A DNA stretch of 27,281 nucleotides from Candidatus Asbonarchaeum danakilense. GTDB lineage: Archaea > Nanohalarchaeota > Nanosalinia > Nanosalinales > Nanoanaerosalinaceae. The DNA is taken from the NCBI GenBank assembly GCA_034190465.1, contig JAXINV010000003.1, forward strand, positions 18,666 to 45,946, given 5' to 3'. The notes beneath the pieces were generated by a model. The model saw only the letters and a list, made by a program, of their open reading frames with translations, had not been told where the DNA came from and ran no database searches. Positions 15,970 through 24,208 of this stretch are shown here, piece after piece; position 1 is the stretch's first letter; each line of letters begins with the position of its first letter. A program made the position numbers and the translations under genes.

Positions 15970-16302
15970 CTAGCACGTCAGGTGGAACGCCCCCGCAGCA
16001 TCCTCCGCCTCGTTGAACCGCTCCACCGCCTCCTGCGTCCGAAACCCCCGCACCTCGATACCGTGGTCCTGCAGGAACTCTCGCGTCTCCTCCGGCACCG
16101 CCATCCGGCCGCTGTTGCCCGTGCCGACGATCAGCAGCTTCGGATCCGCCTCGACCACCGCGTCCAGGTCCTGCGGCTTGAGCCGGTGACCTTCATCCCG
16201 CCACCAGCCGTCAAGCACTTCCTCCTCCACGATGATCAGATCGTTCTCGTACCGATCGCCGTCGACCACCATCTCGCCGAACGAATAACTGTCGACGTGC
16301 AT
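15970..16302 (-). CDS. Mth938-like (AAMDC/NDUFAF3) domain protein
   Basis: YSFG.MVVDG, WWRDEGH, LIVGTG..G, TQEAVERFN, FHLTC. Confidence 0.9.
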   Translation of the reverse strand: MHVDSYSFGEMVVDGDRYENDLIIVEEEVLDGWWRDEGHRLKPQDLDAVVEADPKLLIVGTGNSGRMAVPEETREFLQDHGIEVRGFRTQEAVERFNEAEDAAGAFHLTC

Positions 16303-16312
16303 ATCGACCACT

Positions 16313-18781
16313 TCAGCGGTAGGCACGGACACTGTCGATATACGAATTGCCTAGATTGTCCCCCGTCACCTGGTCCCAGCGGATCGTCAGCGTGTGCATC
16401 CCCGTGTAGCTCCGGTTCAGCGCCACACCGAGGTTCTGGTACGTCATGTTGTACTCCGGGCTCGTGATGAACGTGCCCTGCCGCGCCCCGTCGACCTCCA
16501 GCACGATCTTCGAACGGTGCGGGTTGCCTGTCGTGCCTGCAGCATCCAGCCCGATCGCCTCGATGCCCGAGAGGTTGACCTGGGTCGAGATCGACGCCGT
16601 GTCGCCGAACCCGTTCTGGATCCAGCCCGTCCCGATCGACTGGCCGTCAAGCCGGCCGTCCCGGGTGCGGATGTAGCCCGTCTTCCCGTTCGTCGCCGTC
16701 CAGCCCGCGATACTGACGTTCTGGTCGCCGACCATCTCCGCGTCGCTGAAGTCGCCGTTCGGGATGCGGTCACCGACCAGCGTGAACCGTGACAGGTTCA
16801 GATCGGACGTCAGGCCGCGGGTCGGCTCCGGGTCGAACGTCGGCGGATCGTAGGGGTCGCGTTCCGGCTCCTCGCGGAAACGCATCGTGTTGACCTGCTT
16901 CCAGCTGGACTCGTTGATCACAGCCACCTTCCGCTCCGAGAACACGTACAGGTAGTTGTTCACATACCGCGCCCGGACCGGGTCCGACAGGTTGACCGTC
17001 ATCACGCGGTCCAGCCCGTTGTCATACGAGAACACGTAGCCGCCGTCGCCACCTGGCACGAAGAACACCTTGTGCTTCCTGTCGATCAGGAACGCGTGGT
17101 GTGTCCGCCCGATCTCTGATGAATAGCCTTCAAGCACCGTCTGATCAGCGATCGACGGGCTCGACGGATCCGAGACATCGAACACAACAACCTTCACCTG
17201 GCCGTCCTCCTCACCGACACCGAGGATACGGTCCTCGTCGAGCGGATGGAGGTATGAAGAGAAGCCGGGCAGCTTCAGCGTGCCCTGCAGCTCAGGGTTC
17301 GACGGATCAGAGAGGTCGAGTACGTGGAACGGATCGACCCTGCGGAACGTCACCACGTAGCCCTTGTCACGGATGAAACGGACCGCGTAGATCCGCTCCG
17401 TCAGCCCCATACCCTTCACCGAGCCCTGCACCGAAAGGTCCTCGTTGAGCACGTACACATCGTTCGCCGTCGACGTCCCCGTCCCCAGCGAGCCGAACGT
17501 GCCGACAGTCGTCGCTATGCGGAGCCGGCCCTGGTAGGCGTCCATCGAGAACTGGTCCAGCGTCACACCCGGGACCTTACCTGTTTCCTCGACCGTCACA
17601 CCGTCACCGATCCCGACGCGGATGATACCCGTCGACGCGAACTCACGGCGGTGCTCCTTCGTGTAGTTGCCCAGCCGGTTCCTGAGCTTTTCCTGGATCC
17701 GCTGCCGTTCATCGAACGACATGTTCCGGGTGAAATTCTCCCATGCACCGGACAGCCGCCGATACTTCGTCATCCGGTCGACATCAGATCTGGAAAGATT
17801 GCGGAACGTCCGTTCCACCTCGTCAGAGATGATATCCGTCGCCTCTTCCAGCATGAAATCGATGAAGATATCAATCTCGCTTTCACGCTCCAGGTACGTC
17901 ACATAGATCGCATCGTCCGCCATATACACCACCGACCGCCGGGACGAACCGACCAGCGACGTCGAATCCGTGACCTCGCCCGAGCCAGCTTCCAGCTCCA
18001 GCACCGTGTACGTCGTATCCGTCGACACCGGTTGCTTCGGGTGGTATACCTCCGTGCAATCCACCGTCACCGACGCCGTCGGCCTGATCGGACAGGGGCG
18101 GTCCGTGTCGATCGACTGCTCCACGACCAGGTAGACCGTCCCTCCCTGCCGGCGCGCCGCGACGATCGAACCATTGATGGAGCGGTTCCATGCCTGCGAC
18201 GGCGACGACGGATCAGACACATCGAACGCCTTGACAGCATCGCCACGCAGCTGGATCAACGTGTCCTCGTACAGCAGCATCCTGCCGTTGCCCTCGATCT
18301 CCGCCTGCTCCGTCATGTTCGTCACCGGGAGCGTGTTGATGATCGACGTGTTCGGCTCCACACGGTCGTACGGATAGTAAATCGAAGGACGTACCCTTCC
18401 TCCGCCAACAAAACCACCGAAGGACGGCCCCTGCGGTGACATGTAGAAATGCTCACCGTCCGTCTTCAGGATGTCCGGCTCCTGGATGCCTTCCTCCTGC
18501 ACGTTCGTCGTCGAATACCGGTCCACGGTCGTCCCGCCCGAACCCGTCTCCGCCTGGCCCTGGAAGTTGTCCTGTGCAGACTGCGCCCGGGACGTGAACC
18601 CGCCAAGCGTCGAGGGTGATTCCTCCAAGTATGAGACGAAATCCTGCCGGGAATCGAACGTCTCCACATCCAGCGGATCGTCCATGAACGCTCCAGGTTT
18701 CACAACACCGGAACCGATGAGGCCGACGCCTGAGACAAGAACCGCGACCGCTAATCCGACGGCTATACGGGGGCCTATCAT
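16313..18781 (-). CDS. Secreted beta-propeller domain protein with additional C-terminal beta-sandwich
   Basis: N-terminal signal/anchor; YSTTNVQEEGIQEPDILKTDG, QFSMD, LRIATT, ERIYAVRF, VTFRRVDP, LKLPGFSSYLHP, HHAFL. Confidence 0.88.
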   Translation of the reverse strand: MIGPRIAVGLAVAVLVSGVGLIGSGVVKPGAFMDDPLDVETFDSRQDFVSYLEESPSTLGGFTSRAQSAQDNFQGQAETGSGGTTVDRYSTTNVQEEGIQEPDILKTDGEHFYMSPQGPSFGGFVGGGRVRPSIYYPYDRVEPNTSIINTLPVTNMTEQAEIEGNGRMLLYEDTLIQLRGDAVKAFDVSDPSSPSQAWNRSINGSIVAARRQGGTVYLVVEQSIDTDRPCPIRPTASVTVDCTEVYHPKQPVSTDTTYTVLELEAGSGEVTDSTSLVGSSRRSVVYMADDAIYVTYLERESEIDIFIDFMLEEATDIISDEVERTFRNLSRSDVDRMTKYRRLSGAWENFTRNMSFDERQRIQEKLRNRLGNYTKEHRREFASTGIIRVGIGDGVTVEETGKVPGVTLDQFSMDAYQGRLRIATTVGTFGSLGTGTSTANDVYVLNEDLSVQGSVKGMGLTERIYAVRFIRDKGYVVTFRRVDPFHVLDLSDPSNPELQGTLKLPGFSSYLHPLDEDRILGVGEEDGQVKVVVFDVSDPSSPSIADQTVLEGYSSEIGRTHHAFLIDRKHKVFFVPGGDGGYVFSYDNGLDRVMTVNLSDPVRARYVNNYLYVFSERKVAVINESSWKQVNTMRFREEPERDPYDPPTFDPEPTRGLTSDLNLSRFTLVGDRIPNGDFSDAEMVGDQNVSIAGWTATNGKTGYIRTRDGRLDGQSIGTGWIQNGFGDTASISTQVNLSGIEAIGLDAAGTTGNPHRSKIVLEVDGARQGTFITSPEYNMTYQNLGVALNRSYTGMHTLTIRWDQVTGDNLGNSYIDSVRAYR

Positions 18782-18845
18782 GGTTGGAGGTTATGCAGCC
18801 TGATTAATAAGCACTGTGCCAGCGCAGCAGAAACAGTATCCGAAC

Positions 18846-18864
18846 AAAAGAAAAAAGGGAAAAA
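18846..18864 (-). terminator. Oligo-T terminator after cold-shock gene
   Basis: TTTTTCCCTTTTTTCTTTT on the minus strand; a GGGG/CCCC mini-hairpin lies just after the stop. Confidence 0.6.
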
Positions 18865-18903
18865 TGTGTCTGCCGTCAAGAACGTCCTGTGGGGAAATCC
18901 CCG

Positions 18904-19098
18904 TCAGTCCAGCCGTCGAACGTCGACAGCCTTCGGACCCCGGTCGGCCTCTTCGGTCTCGAACTCGACCTCGTCGCCTTCCGCGATCTCCTCACCTTCC
19001 ATGTCGTCGACATGGAAGAAAACGTCCTCTGTTCCATCTTCCGGTTCGATGAATCCGTACTTCTTCGTGTCGTGGTAGAAAGCCACTTCGCCTTTCAT
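18904..19098 (-). CDS. cspA: Cold-shock protein (CSD)
   Basis: KGEVAFY..KYGFI (RNP1), DVFFH (RNP2), EGDEVEF, RGPKA. AGGTG SD. Confidence 0.95.
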   Translation of the reverse strand: MKGEVAFYHDTKKYGFIEPEDGTEDVFFHVDDMEGEEIAEGDEVEFETEEADRGPKAVDVRRLD

Positions 19099-19216
19099 AA
19101 TAACACCTACACCACGATTTGGGAACCATCCTTAAATAAGCGTCGTCCGTCACCGTCAGGCCACCAGTGAGGAAACAGGGGCCACCTTAAAAACGATCGA
19201 AAGCGAACCCTGCTCC

Positions 19217-19399
19217 ATGCCGGACAACCAGGACTACAGCGAATACAAAAAAGTGGAGGCACAGTTCCAGGCAGAGGGTGGTCGGATCCTCGACCTCGTC
19301 GACGACCTCAGCCTCACTACCAGAAACGAGACCTTCACCAGGGACCAGATGCGGCAGCTCAAACACGCCATGGAGGAACGACTCGACGACCAGCCATGA
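19217..19399 (+). CDS. Small hypothetical protein, translationally coupled to amidohydrolase
   Basis: TTAAAAA at 19187; ATGA overlap with next gene; acidic helical 60 aa. Confidence 0.65.
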   Translation: MPDNQDYSEYKKVEAQFQAEGGRILDLVDDLSLTTRNETFTRDQMRQLKHAMEERLDDQP

Positions 19400-20118
19400 A
19401 CTACATCGACAGCCACGTCCACATCGGCCAGGACAGGGGCGGCATCGCAGCCGACCTCGACGACATCGACCAGATGATGGCAGACTCACAGGTCGAGAAA
19501 GCAGTCGTCTTCTGCCTCAACGAGGTCGAAGGGATAGCCCACGGCAACGAACGCATCAAGGACATCGTCCGGCAGCGAGACGACCTGGCCGGCCTGTTCA
19601 GGATCGACCCCGCACAGCACAGCCCCGACGACCTCCGCGGCATCGACTGGGCCGCCGGCTTCAAGATGCATCCCCGGTCCCAGGACTTCTCAATGCAGCA
19701 GGTCTACGCCCATCTCGAGACCATCGCCGACGAGGACAAGCCCGTCCTCATCCACACCGGCGGCTGGGGCCACAAGGACCGCGGCCATCCACGTGAAATC
19801 ATCGAGGCCGCCCGGGTCCACCGCGACACCACCGTCATCGCCGCGCACAACACCAAGGGCTACTACTTCCAGGCCAGCGACGACGACATCGACGACATCA
19901 AGCAGTGCGACAACCTGTGCATCGAGACCTCACTGCACTGCACCCCGCTCGGGATCGAGACCCTTGTCAACGACCTCGGCAGCGAACGCGTCCTGTTCGG
20001 CAGCGACTACCCGTACGGCCATCCCGTCCCGATGGAGAACAACGTCGAGCTCGCCGACATCGACGACGACCAGGCCGCAGACGTCGCACGTGAGAACGCC
20101 AAGCGGCTGTTCTTCTAA
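19396..20118 (+). CDS. Amidohydrolase family (amidohydro_2 TIM-barrel) metallo-hydrolase
   Basis: DSHVH, FKMHP, LIHTG, AAH, LFGSDYP. Confidence 0.9.
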   Translation: MNYIDSHVHIGQDRGGIAADLDDIDQMMADSQVEKAVVFCLNEVEGIAHGNERIKDIVRQRDDLAGLFRIDPAQHSPDDLRGIDWAAGFKMHPRSQDFSMQQVYAHLETIADEDKPVLIHTGGWGHKDRGHPREIIEAARVHRDTTVIAAHNTKGYYFQASDDDIDDIKQCDNLCIETSLHCTPLGIETLVNDLGSERVLFGSDYPYGHPVPMENNVELADIDDDQAADVARENAKRLFF

Positions 20119-20195
20119 TCCCACTTGTGCCACCACTCGCGGAATACCATACCGCGTCCCCGACGTTCAAGTACCTTCGCCGCCAAGCCCGACCC

Positions 20196-20771
20196 ATGCA
20201 GATCGACAACCTCGCCGACGACGCCGAAAGCTTCACCTCCAACGCCTTCCTGATCGACGACCAGGCCCTCATCGACACCGGGGCCGACCCCGTCATCCTC
20301 GAACGGCTCCAGAACAGCGACCTCCAGACCGTCGTCATCACCCACAGCCACCACGACCACATCGAGAACCTGCCGCAGATCGTCGAGGCGCACAGTCCCG
20401 ACGTCCACGCCTTCGAACCGGACAACCTGCCGGTCGACGCGGAGCGGGGGGGCGACGGCGACAAGATCGAACTGGCCGGCACCACCTTCACCGCCCACCA
20501 CACCCCCGGCCACAGGGACGACCACATCTGCCTCCACGACCCGGACAGCGGCGTGCTGTTCGCCGGCGACCTCCTCTTCCCCGGTGGCAGCTTCGGCAGG
20601 ACCGACCTCGAGCAGGGCGACCGCGACACCTTGATCGCCAGCATCGAACGGATCGCCGGGCTCGACGTCACAGCCATGTACGCCGGCCACGACCAGCCCA
20701 CCACCGAAGATGTCGACCAGCAGATCCAGGACAGCCTCGCCGAGGCGCGGAAGCACAAACCCAAGTACTGA
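20196..20771 (+). CDS. MBL-fold metallo-hydrolase (glyoxalase II-like)
   Basis: IDTG, THSHHDH, HTPGH, AGDLLF..GSFGRTD, AGH. Start at ATG 20196. Confidence 0.92.
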   Translation: MQIDNLADDAESFTSNAFLIDDQALIDTGADPVILERLQNSDLQTVVITHSHHDHIENLPQIVEAHSPDVHAFEPDNLPVDAERGGDGDKIELAGTTFTAHHTPGHRDDHICLHDPDSGVLFAGDLLFPGGSFGRTDLEQGDRDTLIASIERIAGLDVTAMYAGHDQPTTEDVDQQIQDSLAEARKHKPKY

Positions 20772-20855
20772 GTGTGTGGTTTCCGCGAACAGTCCGGCGG
20801 AACTCGCGGCACAGCCCCTGCCAGCCTTTTCAGTCCGGCACCCGCTTCCACATCC

Positions 20856-21857
20856 ATGGCCCTAGGCGTAGAGGTGCGGGAGGCGGTCGAGGACGAGCAC
20901 GGCATCCCCGCCGACAAGCTCACCACCGTCGCACAGGCAGCAAGGCAGGTCAACGACGCCCTCGACCGGCCGGAGCTCCGCGCAGCCCACGTCATCGGCG
21001 AGGTCACCAACGTCAACGACTGGAAGGGCAACATCTTCTTCAGCCTGAAGGACGACAGAGCGAAGCTCCGCTGCGTCCTGTTCGCCCGCCACATCGACGA
21101 CTACCGGCCGTCCGAGGGCGACCAGGTCGTCGTCCGCGGCGCCCTCGACTTCCACGGCGAACAGGGCGAGCTCAGCCTTAAAGCCAACCGTGTCGTGCCC
21201 GTCGGCGAGGGCGACTACTACCGGAAACTGCGGCAGCTGAAACAGGAGCTGCGGGAGCAGGGCTGGTTCCAGGGCAGACAGGACGTGCCGCAGCTCCCCG
21301 AAAAGATCGGAGTCATCGCCTCGGAGGACTCAGACGCCTTTAGCGACGTCCGGGACAGCATCCGCGAGCGGAACCCCGGCGTTGACATCGTGCTGCGGCC
21401 CGCCTCCGTCCAGGGCGACGACGCCGTCGAGGAACTGGTCGACGCGATCGAACAGCTCGACAGCCACGGCGTCGACAGCATCGTCATCGCCCGCGGGGGC
21501 GGCGACATCGAGGCACTGCAGCCGTTCAACACCCGTGAGGTCGCCGCCGCGATCAAACAGGCCGACACACCGGTCGTCACCGGCATCGGACACCAGGAGG
21601 ACGAGACAGTCGCCGGCCTGACCGCGGACAGTCGCGGCATCACACCGACCGATGCCAGCAGGAAGGCCACGGCCGACATCGAGGAACTGCGGCAGCAGCT
21701 CGACAACCTCAGCGACCAGCTCGATCAGGCACACGGGCGCTTCCAGGCCAGGCGGCAGCAGGAACGGGAGATCGCCCGGCAGGAACGCCGCGAAACACTG
21801 TACCAGGCAGCGATCGTCGCGATGGCGATCATCTTCCTTCTGTGGTGGGCGGTGTGA
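20856..21857 (+). CDS. xseA: Exodeoxyribonuclease VII large subunit (short, hydrophobic C-terminus)
   Basis: OB fold (GEVTN..GNIFFSLKD..AKLRC), IGVIAS..DAFSD, VQG, IARGGG, FN, GIGH.ED, ADSRG.TPT. Confidence 0.93.
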   Translation: MALGVEVREAVEDEHGIPADKLTTVAQAARQVNDALDRPELRAAHVIGEVTNVNDWKGNIFFSLKDDRAKLRCVLFARHIDDYRPSEGDQVVVRGALDFHGEQGELSLKANRVVPVGEGDYYRKLRQLKQELREQGWFQGRQDVPQLPEKIGVIASEDSDAFSDVRDSIRERNPGVDIVLRPASVQGDDAVEELVDAIEQLDSHGVDSIVIARGGGDIEALQPFNTREVAAAIKQADTPVVTGIGHQEDETVAGLTADSRGITPTDASRKATADIEELRQQLDNLSDQLDQAHGRFQARRQQEREIARQERRETLYQAAIVAMAIIFLLWWAV

Positions 21858-22045
21858 GCCTCGACCAGCAGTGGCGAACGACCGTCGAACAGGCGGAGGA
21901 GCTGATAAGAAAGCTCCAGCAGGACGATATAGATTTTTCAGAGGCGGCTGACGCCGTCGAGGAGCAGGAGAACGGGCTCGAATGGCTCCGGGAACGGCTG
22001 GCGCGGGACGACGGCAGCACCACGGTGCTCGAACAGGACGGTTAA
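21854..22045 (+). CDS. xseB: Exodeoxyribonuclease VII small subunit
   Basis: GTGA overlap with xseA. EELIRKLQQDDIDFSEA...EE...LEWLRERL matches the XseB helical pattern. Confidence 0.82.
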   Translation: MSLDQQWRTTVEQAEELIRKLQQDDIDFSEAADAVEEQENGLEWLRERLARDDGSTTVLEQDG

Positions 22046-22106
22046 CGTCCGTTCGGGAACCGTCAGGAGCAGAATTAGATTTATTAATCAACGGTGGTAA
22101 CTCGAG

Positions 22107-22141
22107 CACAGACGGTGGGAACGGGGAACCGCCGTCGTGTG
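22107..22141 (+). promoter_or_regulatory. Hairpin in the 5' leader of the RNB gene, downstream of TATA TTTATTAA (22080-22087)
   Basis: CACA-GACGGTGG pairs with CCGCCGTC-G-TGTG (12 bp, one G-U, one bulge). Confidence 0.45.
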
Positions 22142-22154
22142 GGGGACCGCCACC

Positions 22155-23342
22155 ATGACAGCAAATGATCCGCGACTGGAAGAGATAGCAAGCAAATACA
22201 ACATCCCGGAACCGTACGACGACAGCCACCCGGCCGTCCAGGAGGCCGACGGCATCGAGGTCGACGTCGAGGACGAACTCGACGACCGCGTCGACCTGCG
22301 GGGCATGCCCGCATTCACCGTCGACCCCGACGATGCCAAAGACTACGACGACGCCATCACCATCGAACAGGAAGACGACGGCTACCGCGCCTACGTCCAC
22401 ATCGCAGACGTCTCCCACTACGTCGAACAGGGATCAGAGCTCGACCAGGCCGCCAAGGACCGCGGCGTCACCTTCTACCTCGGCGAGAACACCCGGCACA
22501 TGTTCCCCGAAGAACTCGCCTCCGACATCTGCAGCCTGGTCGAGGGCGAGGACAGACTGGCGCACACCGTCGAGATGGAACTCGGCAAGGACTTCAACGG
22601 CGACTACGAGATCCAGGACTTCGACATCTACGAATCAGTCATCCAGGTCGACGAAGGCCTAAGCTACACCGAGGCAGACCATATCCTCGAGAACGGCGAC
22701 GAAAGCTACGACGACGAACTCCTCGACCAGCTCGACCTCGCCGACGACCTGACACAGGATATCCGCGACGACAGGTGGGAGTACAGCCTCATCATCAACA
22801 ACGACGAATCACCGTCCAGCCGTGTCGTCGAAGAGATGATGCTCAAGGCCAACCAGGCAGTCGCCCGACACCTGCTGGATGCGGGCAAACCCGGCATCTA
22901 CCGCGTCGAGGACCACCCCGACCCCGAATGGGAGGAAGAGGTCGAAGAAGACTTGGCCGAAGAGGGCTACACCAAACAGGCCGGCTGGCTCAGCGAGGCC
23001 GACAACCCGAAGAAAAAACTCAACGAGTTCTTCGAACAGGAGATCAACGAAGAGGACGACGAAGAAGTCAAGAAAGCAGTCATAACAAAGATGAAACCAG
23101 CCGAGTACTCAACACGCGACGACACCCACTTCGCACTCGACTTCGAGAAATACGCACAGTTCACCTCCCCGATCCGGCGGGTCGGCGACCTCGTCAACCA
23201 CCGGATGGTCAAGCGCGACCCGCCCGAGGACAGCGAAGAGTTCCTCCGCGAGATCGAACGAGTGCAGGACGTCGTCGGCCGGCTCAACCAGCGCCACGCC
23301 AGCGCCAAACAGGCCGACCGTGCATACGACAGGATGACATGA
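22155..23342 (+). CDS. rnr: RNB-domain 3'-5' exoribonuclease (RNase R/II family, no CSD or S1 domains)
   Basis: FTVDPDDAKDYDDA, VHIADVS, VEEMMLKAN.AVA, HFAL..YAQFTSPIRR.GDL..HR. Confidence 0.9.
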   Translation: MTANDPRLEEIASKYNIPEPYDDSHPAVQEADGIEVDVEDELDDRVDLRGMPAFTVDPDDAKDYDDAITIEQEDDGYRAYVHIADVSHYVEQGSELDQAAKDRGVTFYLGENTRHMFPEELASDICSLVEGEDRLAHTVEMELGKDFNGDYEIQDFDIYESVIQVDEGLSYTEADHILENGDESYDDELLDQLDLADDLTQDIRDDRWEYSLIINNDESPSSRVVEEMMLKANQAVARHLLDAGKPGIYRVEDHPDPEWEEEVEEDLAEEGYTKQAGWLSEADNPKKKLNEFFEQEINEEDDEEVKKAVITKMKPAEYSTRDDTHFALDFEKYAQFTSPIRRVGDLVNHRMVKRDPPEDSEEFLREIERVQDVVGRLNQRHASAKQADRAYDRMT

Positions 23343-23352
23343 GGAGATCACG

Positions 23353-23868
23353 ATGCCGAACTACGGAACCATGTTGATGGAAGGACCGAGCAGGACAGGC
23401 AGCGACGTCGTCTCGCTCGGCGAACTGGAACTACAGGAAAACTACACCAGCGGCGAACTCGACCTGCTCGCCGCGACAGAGGACCTCGATCAGGGATTCA
23501 CCTACGACGAACTCAAGGACGAGGCGCCGCACCGCTCCTTCCCGAAGCAGAGCGGTATCGTCCCGTACCCTGACAGCGTCCCGATCAGCGACGACGAACT
23601 GCAGGGCTACCTCGGCTCGCTCGTCCAGAAAGGACTGATCGACAGCGAGACCTACACCGAGGACGAGATCAAGCGACTGGGAGAACTCGACGACGGCCTG
23701 CTGAAGAAGGACGAGGTCGACGAAGAACGGTACGGCGACCTGCTCAACGACCGTGGAGGTATCTACACCCGTGACCGACACGGCGTCCACGTTGACGAGG
23801 ACACAGAGCCCGGCGTCAGCCATTTCTACCTGACAGAGGAAGGAAAAGACGTACTCGACGGCCTGTGA
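23353..23868 (+). CDS. Hypothetical protein with winged-helix-like features
   Basis: GAGG SD; LQGYLGSLVQKGLID ... FYLTEEGKDVL with a long insert between them. Confidence 0.65.
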   Translation: MPNYGTMLMEGPSRTGSDVVSLGELELQENYTSGELDLLAATEDLDQGFTYDELKDEAPHRSFPKQSGIVPYPDSVPISDDELQGYLGSLVQKGLIDSETYTEDEIKRLGELDDGLLKKDEVDEERYGDLLNDRGGIYTRDRHGVHVDEDTEPGVSHFYLTEEGKDVLDGL

Positions 23869-23910
23869 CAGGGACCGTTACAGAAGAGAAAAAGGCCTCC
23901 GGGGGAGCAG

Positions 23911-24159
23911 TCAGGCGTACTGCTCCTCCAGATAGTTGACGATATCGTCCGATTCGTACAGCTTCTCGCGGATGTTACCGTCCTCATCGCGGTCAACAAG
24001 GAACGGGACCTGGTCCTGGCCTCCGAGCTCCATCAGCTCGTCCATCTTCTCATCGTTCTGACGTGGGTTGTGCGCGATGAAGGACAGACCGAGCTCCGTC
24101 ATCTTCTTCCGCACCTTCTTGCAGTACGGACAGCCTTCGAACTGGTAGAGTTCAAGCAT
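23911..24159 (-). CDS. Glutaredoxin / GST-N-like protein (CPYC)
   Basis: LELYQFEGCPYCKKVR, GGQDQVPFLVD, LYESDDIVNYL. Confidence 0.92.
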   Translation of the reverse strand: MLELYQFEGCPYCKKVRKKMTELGLSFIAHNPRQNDEKMDELMELGGQDQVPFLVDRDEDGNIREKLYESDDIVNYLEEQYA

Positions 24160-24208
24160 TACCGGTCACCGTCCAACGTTCACATCCCGAGGCTTAAATA
24201 CCGGGCGG

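Noticed and set aside
20137..20788. Imperfect inverted repeats (TCGCGGAA-T-ACCA / TGGTTTCCGCGA) flanking the MBL gene
   Set aside because: Short, gapped and GC-rich, with no target-site duplication or transposase. Each side also forms its own local hairpin; insufficient for a mobile cassette.
19793..21181. 462-aa alternative-frame ORF, and similar long shadow ORFs (14038-15057, 14162-15145, 17324-18439, 21330-22418, 24251-25462, 1135-2130)
   Set aside because: R/S/T/P-rich or antisense translations of well-supported genes; expected artefacts of high GC3.
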